Assembly: GCA_038858525.1 (NCBI GenBank)
Contig: JAWCFL010000002.1
Span: 89,987 to 121,986 of the forward strand
Direction of reading: 5' to 3'
DNA length: 32,000 nucleotides
From: Candidatus Jordarchaeales archaeon
GTDB taxonomy: Archaea > Asgardarchaeota > Jordiarchaeia > Jordiarchaeales > Freyrarchaeaceae
Notes under the pieces: generated by a model
Told to the model about the DNA's origin: nothing
Databases searched by the model: none
Seen by the model: only the letters and a program-made list of their open reading frames with translations
Program-made: the position numbers and the translations under genes
Part shown: in pieces, positions 26,719 through 32,000 of the stretch
Layout: the number at the start of each line of letters is the position of its first letter
How positions within the stretch are numbered: the first letter of the stretch is position 1

Positions 26719-26838
26719 TGGAGCCCCGGGCGGGTGTTCCGCTGAAGACTCGAACCCGCGGCCTGCGGCTTACGAGGCCGCCGCTCTACCGGTTACCCGC
26801 CACTCCAGAAGAAAGAGGAAGCCCTGAGCTACCGGGGC
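26719..26838 (-). tRNA. tRNA-Thr(CGU) with two introns: D-arm 15/16 26823-26793, T-loop 59/60 26748-26736
   Basis: Reverse complement gives acceptor GCCCCGG/CCGGGGC, U73 and CCA, and anticodon arm GCGGC-CUCGUAA-GCCGC. Removing the introns gives D-arm GCUC-AGCCGGUA-GAGC and T-arm GCGGG-UUCGAGA-CCCGC. Confidence 0.9.
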
Positions 26839-26863
26839 TCTAATTCATCTTCCCAAGTGGAAG

Positions 26864-26880
26864 CATATAACTTTTTCTTC
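26864..26880 (-). promoter_or_regulatory. BRE/TATA promoter of tRNA-Thr
   Basis: Minus strand reads GAAGAAAAAG-TTATATG, 26-40 nt upstream of the tRNA 5' end. Confidence 0.6.
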
Positions 26881-27119
26881 ATGCTCTCCCCGCTAAGAGC
26901 CAAAAAAGAATCAATCTTAGCTTTATCTACGGATATCTATGGAGATTTACATGGGATTGGAATCCGCTGAGTCTACACGTCCTTTTCGTGACGGTAAATT
27001 TTCACGTTACAGCTTTAGATGTGAGAGATTAGGAGGGGACTAAAAAGAGTTAAATAGCTCGTATCCTTTCCCTTCTTTGAAGGGTTAATTTACTTACTTG
27101 TTTTTGAAAGGTGACTTAG

Positions 27120-28481
27120 ATGGTTTTGGAGGCGTTAGGTGAGGGGTTAAGGAACGCTATTAGTAAGCTTCTCCGCTCAACTGTTGCTGATAGGGAGACT
27201 GTTAGGGAGCTTGTAAGGGAGATTCAGCGCGTTTTGCTCTCTTCCGACGTTAATGTCGAGCTTGTGCTTCGTCTTTCAGAGAACATTGAGAGGAGGGCGT
27301 TTGAGGAGGAACTCCCCCCGGGCGTCAGTAGAAGGGAGCACATTGTCAAGATCGTTTACGAGGAGCTCGCGGAAATCCTTGGCAGCAAGCCGCGCGGCCT
27401 AAACATTAAGCCGGGACAATTAAACGTCATAATGCTCGTCGGGATACAAGGTTCAGGAAAAACGACTACCGCAGCCAAGCTGGCTAGATACCTAGCTAAG
27501 CGCGGATTTAAGACGGGGCTTGTGTGCGCCGACACTTTCCGTCTAGGAGCATATGAGCAGCTCAGCCAGCTAGCTGACGCTGCAGGAATCCCGTTCTACG
27601 GCGACATTAAAAGCAAGAGTAGCGTCGATGTGGCTAAGAAGGGGATCGAGTATTTCCGGGGAAAGGGGTACGATGTGGTCATAGTTGACACTGCGGGCAG
27701 ACATAAAAACGAGGCTGACCTAATGGAGGAAATGAAGGATATTGCCAGAGCGATCAAGCCCACCGAGATAATGCTCGTCGTTGACGGGACATTAGGGCAG
27801 CAAGCCATGGCTCAGGCCAGAGCCTTCAAGGAAGCCACAGATGTAGGTTCGATAATCGTGACTAAGCTTGACGGGACTGCTAGGGGTGGAGGAGCTCTCT
27901 CAGCTGTAGCCGCAACAAGCGCGCCTATAAAGTTCATAGGAGTGGGGGAAAAGCTAGACGACATAGAGGCATTCGACCCCGTCGGCTTCGTAGGCCGCCT
28001 CCTAGGAATGGGGGATTTACGGGCGCTTCTCGAGAAGGTGAGGGAAGCCGAGATCAAGCCTGAGAGGGAGGAAGCGTTAAGCCTGCTCACAGGGCGCTTC
28101 ACGCTAAAGGATTTTTACAAGTGGATGGAGCAGGCTAGAAAAATGGGGCCAGTAGGTAAGCTCTTCGAGCTGATGGGGCTATCCAGTGTTCCGAAGGAAC
28201 TTAGAGACGTCGCCGAGGCCAAGCTTGACAAGTGGAAGGTCATAATGCAGTCCATGACTATGGAGGAGCTGGAAGACCCCAAGATACTCAACAGGTCAAG
28301 AGTCAACAGAATAGCCAGAGGGTCCGGCACCACACCAAAGGAAGTAAAAGAGCTGGTAGACCAGTACTTCGCAGCCAAGAAAATGGTTAAAGCGCTAGGT
28401 AAAAGGAGGATGCGAGGAAAGGGGATGCCCATACGCGGCGTAACACCTGAACAACTGGAGAAGCTAGTGAGGAAGCTATGA
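27120..28481 (+). CDS. srp54: Signal recognition particle protein SRP54
   Basis: GIQGSGKTT, DTAGR, TKLDG-x-ARGGG, M-domain SRVNRIARGSG. Confidence 0.98.
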   Translation: MVLEALGEGLRNAISKLLRSTVADRETVRELVREIQRVLLSSDVNVELVLRLSENIERRAFEEELPPGVSRREHIVKIVYEELAEILGSKPRGLNIKPGQLNVIMLVGIQGSGKTTTAAKLARYLAKRGFKTGLVCADTFRLGAYEQLSQLADAAGIPFYGDIKSKSSVDVAKKGIEYFRGKGYDVVIVDTAGRHKNEADLMEEMKDIARAIKPTEIMLVVDGTLGQQAMAQARAFKEATDVGSIIVTKLDGTARGGGALSAVAATSAPIKFIGVGEKLDDIEAFDPVGFVGRLLGMGDLRALLEKVREAEIKPEREEALSLLTGRFTLKDFYKWMEQARKMGPVGKLFELMGLSSVPKELRDVAEAKLDKWKVIMQSMTMEELEDPKILNRSRVNRIARGSGTTPKEVKELVDQYFAAKKMVKALGKRRMRGKGMPIRGVTPEQLEKLVRKL

Positions 28482-29044
28482 GACACTTCTACATCATACT
28501 GAACAGCATCCCTAAGTTCTCAAGGAAAAACGTCGACTGCGGAGATGTAAGCGACGACGTGGCTGAGCTCTGCTCCTGTATCAGAGCAGCCCTCTTCCTC
28601 TCCCACGACATAAGAAGAGACGTTAAAGTCCACCTAGTCCTCCTTGAAGAAAAAAGAGAAGTTGTAATCGATGGTGGAAGCATCAGGTATCTTTCCCCCG
28701 ACGAAAGATCCATCTGTATGCTCCTGATCAAACTGAGCGAGAAGAGAGCCAGAAAACCCTGGAGAGGAGTTTACGTTAACGATCTCACATCTATCAGGGA
28801 CGTTTTCTCACCGGACGCCTTAATCATCACGCCCAGTAAAAGCGGAGCCGACCTGCGGCAAGTGAAAAACTTAAAGGAGGTAGCAGTAATTATTCCATTG
28901 ACTCCCTCAGACAATTGGATAGAACACCTAAATAATGCAAGAACACTGCACGTCAGAACATGGGGAAAGCTGCTTCCAAGCCACCTCATAACCATCCTGA
29001 ACAACCAAATGGACTTAGCGGAGGAACAAAAATGTACCCCCTAA
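28478..29044 (+). CDS. trmY: TrmY-like SPOUT protein (tRNA pseudouridine-54 N1-methyltransferase homolog), degenerate
   Basis: C-x-C-x3-ALFLSHDIRRDV, LSPDERS, H-x-ITIL-x-N-x2-D; lies directly upstream of pus10. Confidence 0.72.
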   Translation: MRHFYIILNSIPKFSRKNVDCGDVSDDVAELCSCIRAALFLSHDIRRDVKVHLVLLEEKREVVIDGGSIRYLSPDERSICMLLIKLSEKRARKPWRGVYVNDLTSIRDVFSPDALIITPSKSGADLRQVKNLKEVAVIIPLTPSDNWIEHLNNARTLHVRTWGKLLPSHLITILNNQMDLAEEQKCTP

Positions 29045-30387
29045 AGAAAGCACTCGAAATCCTCGAGAAGACACCGCTATGTAACAGCTGCCTAGGCAGA
29101 CAGTTCGCCCTCCTAGGAATGGGGTCAAACAACCCGAGCAGAGGACACGCCCTAAAACTAGTCCTCACAATGACAGCAGCATACACACTTAGAGAAAACC
29201 CTGATGAAGCAATAAGGATACTCAAAATCCTCGCCACTAACGGCATGTTTCAACCAGCAACTGAAACCCTACAAAAAGAAGGAATTGAACTCAAAGAGGA
29301 AACAAAGACATGCTACATATGCAGCGGACTCATGACGAAGAAAAAAGAGATAGCCGAGAAAATCGTGTCCGCCCTTAAAAACTACGACTACAGAAGCTTC
29401 CTCATAGGATGCCACGTCCCTCCAAGCCTAACAGAAAAAGACGACGAACTCAAAGCGTCACACCAAATAGACACAGGAGAATCAGTAAAAGCAGAGTTCA
29501 ACAGAGAAGTGGGAAAACTCGTCTCAGCCATAACGGGAAAAACCGTCGACTTCAAAAACCCCGACGTAGTCGCAGTAATAAACCTCGAAAACCTAGAAGT
29601 CACAGTCAACTCAAACCCAATATACATAGCAGGACGCTACCTCAAACACGTAAGAGGAATACCACAAACAAGATGGCCCTGCAGAGCCTGCAAAGGAGAA
29701 GGATGCCCCCGCTGCAACGGCACCGGCAAAATGTACACCGAATCAATCGAAGAACTCGTACTCACACCAATACTCGAAGAAACAGGAGGAGACGAAGGAA
29801 AATTCCACGGAGCAGGAAGAGAAGACATAGACGCAAGAATGCTCGGAACAGGCAGACCATTCATAGTAGAAATAAAAAACCCAAAAAAACGCAACATAGA
29901 CCTACAACAACTACAAGAAAAAATAAACACCCACGCCCAAGGAAAAGTAGAAGTCCACTCCCTACACTTCGCAGTAAAAGAAAACGTAAGACAACTCAAA
30001 GCCCTATCACAATTCGCACCAAAAACGTACAGAGTAAAAGTCCAACTAGACAGAGAAGTAACCCCACAAGAACTCGAACAACTAGAAAAACAACTCACAG
30101 GACAAACAATAAGACAAAAAACCCCAAGAAGAGTAGCCCACAGAAGAGCAATAAAAACAAGACTCAAAAAAGTATACCAAGTCCAAGCCAAACGGTTAGA
30201 CGCGCGGACGATAGAGCTAATAGTAACATGTCAGGGCGGGCTCTACGTTAAAGAGTTAGTTACAGGGGACAAAGGGAGAACACGGCCGAGCGTATCAGAG
30301 ATACTACAAACAAAAGCATCATGCGAAACATTAGACGTGATCGATGTGGGTGCGCCATTGCCGCAAGAAATAGAGCAGCGACAATAA
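29032..30387 (+). CDS. pus10: tRNA pseudouridine(54/55) synthase Pus10
   Basis: LCNSCLGRQFA, GRYLK-x-VRGIPQT-x-W, catalytic GREDIDARM, GGLYVKEL. ATG at 29032 follows GGAGG. Confidence 0.96.
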   Translation: MYPLKKALEILEKTPLCNSCLGRQFALLGMGSNNPSRGHALKLVLTMTAAYTLRENPDEAIRILKILATNGMFQPATETLQKEGIELKEETKTCYICSGLMTKKKEIAEKIVSALKNYDYRSFLIGCHVPPSLTEKDDELKASHQIDTGESVKAEFNREVGKLVSAITGKTVDFKNPDVVAVINLENLEVTVNSNPIYIAGRYLKHVRGIPQTRWPCRACKGEGCPRCNGTGKMYTESIEELVLTPILEETGGDEGKFHGAGREDIDARMLGTGRPFIVEIKNPKKRNIDLQQLQEKINTHAQGKVEVHSLHFAVKENVRQLKALSQFAPKTYRVKVQLDREVTPQELEQLEKQLTGQTIRQKTPRRVAHRRAIKTRLKKVYQVQAKRLDARTIELIVTCQGGLYVKELVTGDKGRTRPSVSEILQTKASCETLDVIDVGAPLPQEIEQRQ

Positions 30388-30683
30388 TTCGCACGGAGGA
30401 ACACGACACCCCTCACGTGACCCGCACAGCAGCCAAACTCTCACCCATTTTCCAGAGCTTTAAAGACCTCAACAGACATTCCCCTGGCCTAGCTTTCCGG
30501 TTTTTCTCGGCAAGAAGAGGGACGTATGCTCGCCGAGCAGCCAGCACCGCAAAGGAGACCACCAGACACCTTAAATACCACACAACCATACAACGCCCCA
30601 CCCTAAACCCACCAGCACTCTACGTGAAACCGCCAACAACGCGCGAACTAGCCCCCTCCCTTTTCGCCGGGCCTCCCCTACGT

Positions 30684-32000
30684 CTAGTCCGCCCCCTCAA
30701 GCATTTTCGTCATGTACTCTACGTCCTCCCTCGGCAGCTTAGAGGACGCCGCCTCCAGAAGCACAAGCTTCGCCTCTCTGCCAGCCAGCTCATCAATCAT
30801 TGCGGGGAGGTACAACCTGAGCTTCTCGGGCGGCAGCACCTTCACCGCCACCCCAGCAACCTCAAGCTTCGCCCCATCTTCCTCCAGCTCGCCCATCACG
30901 TCAAGGATTTTGCGCGCCAGCTCCTTCAGCGGCAACCCCTCCGCAACCTTCTCCGCGACCACCCTCGCAACCTCTATCTTCGCCTCCTTGTCGGGCATTA
31001 GTCGTATCAGGTCGTCCGCTTTGGCTGCCAGCTCGTCCTTAGACAACTCCTTCATAATGGTCTTCGCTAATTCCATCTTCGCCTCCTTGTCGGGCATTAG
31101 TCGTATCAGGTCGTCCGCTTTGGCTGCCAGCTCGTCCTTAGACAACTCCTTCATAATGGTCTTCGCTAATTCCATCTTCGCCTCCTTGTCGGGCATTAGT
31201 CGTATCAGGTCGTCCGCTTTGGCTGCCAGCTCGTCCTTAGGCAGTTTGAGTGACACCTTCAATACGAGCTCCAGTCTCTTCTCCTCCGGAATTGGGAGCG
31301 TCATGTTGATGATTTCGTTTGCGAGCACTTCTGGCGGCAGCTTTTGCGCTAGCTCCATTGCCAGCTTCACGGCCTCCTCTATCCTCTCCTTCCGCATCAT
31401 CAGCGTCTCTATTGCTAGGCGTGCCATCGCTGGGTTCCGCATGCAGCTTTCGAGGTAGTATTCATATGGAAGCACGGGCCATCCCCTCTCCTCAATGTAG
31501 CGGGCACCCATCCCTAAATCCTTATCTATTTCGCAGAGTGCTATAAGGGCATCGCTGGCCCTTTTCCTCTGCCCCCACGTCCTCGGCATCCCCGCCATGA
31601 CTGAAATTATTGTTGCGAGGGTGGACGCCAGGTCCCCCCTAGGCGCCCTCCAACAGTCCACTATCATGATGGCTGCCTTCATGTCCTTCATCTCCGCCCA
31701 CACCACGTAGTACCCGTTCTTCGGCTTGCCCCTGAGAGTTAAGGTTACGTCTCCGCTGGTGATGGTGGCGCCGGGCTCCCGCCCGAAAAACTTCCTGAGG
31801 TCCTCGCTGAATGCGCCCGCGTTCAGCATGACTGGGATGACAGCGCAGCGCCCCAATCTCCTTCTGAGCCCCTCCACCCTCTCAACCATCTTCCCAACTT
31901 CGCCTGGGTCGAGCCTGTCGCTGAAGGTCTTGACCTCCAGCGCGAAGGCGAGCAGGCCGCCCTCCTCGAGCACCACCATCTCCCCCCTCGGGAGGAAGCC
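30684..32000 (-). CDS. Hypothetical protein: PD-(D/E)XK-like domain followed by about seven 33-aa helical repeats; 5' end beyond the window
   Basis: The frame stays open to the window edge (GFLPRGE precedes the ORF-track Met). It contains GE-x14-EVKT followed by tandem KDELAAKADDLIRLMPDKEAKMELAKTIMKELS units. Confidence 0.65.
   Translation of the reverse strand, partial: GFLPRGEMVVLEEGGLLAFALEVKTFSDRLDPGEVGKMVERVEGLRRRLGRCAVIPVMLNAGAFSEDLRKFFGREPGATITSGDVTLTLRGKPKNGYYVVWAEMKDMKAAIMIVDCWRAPRGDLASTLATIISVMAGMPRTWGQRKRASDALIALCEIDKDLGMGARYIEERGWPVLPYEYYLESCMRNPAMARLAIETLMMRKERIEEAVKLAMELAQKLPPEVLANEIINMTLPIPEEKRLELVLKVSLKLPKDELAAKADDLIRLMPDKEAKMELAKTIMKELSKDELAAKADDLIRLMPDKEAKMELAKTIMKELSKDELAAKADDLIRLMPDKEAKIEVARVVAEKVAEGLPLKELARKILDVMGELEEDGAKLEVAGVAVKVLPPEKLRLYLPAMIDELAGREAKLVLLEAASSKLPREDVEYMTKMLEGAD
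30976..31240. repeat. Perfect 99-bp tandem repeat, about 2.7 copies, in frame within the CDS
   Basis: Units start at 30976, 31075 and 31174 (ATCTTCGCCTCCTTGTCGGGC...) and are identical as far as 31240. Confidence 0.97.

Noticed and set aside
26611-26720. Integrated element at tRNA-Thr; short AAAACGAGA duplication and small hairpin
   Set aside because: No second copy of the tRNA 3' end and no integrase in the window. The repeat is too short to be meaningful, and the hairpin with T-run is at most a terminator.
26880-27119. SRP RNA or a small ORF upstream of srp54
   Set aside because: The region is too short and AT-rich for 7S RNA and shows no helix-8 motif. The 29-34 codon ORFs have no supporting features.
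29409-30251. 280-aa overlapping plus-strand ORF and the 184-aa antisense ORF 29637-30191
   Set aside because: Both are by-products of the T/G depletion at pus10 third positions, which removes stop codons. The translations are low-complexity and have no motifs.
30976-31240. Possible CRISPR array
   Set aside because: The 99-bp units are contiguous with no unique spacers and keep a protein reading frame. No cas genes are present.
30321-31458. Plus-strand ORFs 30321-31001 and 30712-31458
   Set aside because: Antisense shadows of the GC-rich repeat gene. They are Ser/Ala- or Arg/Leu-rich with no recognisable features.

Overview
Archaeal chromosomal core-genome window from a probably thermophilic lineage. 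An Asgard-like origin is inferred from a Rab/Arf-like small GTPase and an RPA3-like subunit, but the taxonomy is not proven. About 34 protein genes are supported: larB (partial), queC, ahcY, metG, uS19, a SIS sugar isomerase / nucleotidyltransferase / SDR trio, hypC, cyaB, two Fe-S proteins, a HAD hydrolase plus an MtnA-like isomerase, archease, the small GTPase, an RPA3-PCNA-PriL-PriS-GINS cluster, the uL11-uL1-uL10-P1 operon, alaS, a DUF434-like protein, thiL, an orphan, srp54-trmY-pus10, and a 5'-truncated nuclease-like protein with 99-bp tandem repeats. The most unusual signals are: (i) three tRNA genes missed by the ORF track (Ser-GGA, Arg-UCU, Thr-CGU) that carry 3, 3 and 2 bulge-helix-bulge (BHB) introns, 7 of the 8 at non-canonical sites; (ii) an extreme local A/C third-codon-position bias in pus10, with the opposite bias in the same-strand srp54; (iii) a TrmY lacking its conserved motifs; (iv) a PD-(D/E)XK-like protein fused to an expanding helical repeat. 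No rRNA, CRISPR array or transposase was found. All family assignments come from motif recognition by eye, not from database searches.
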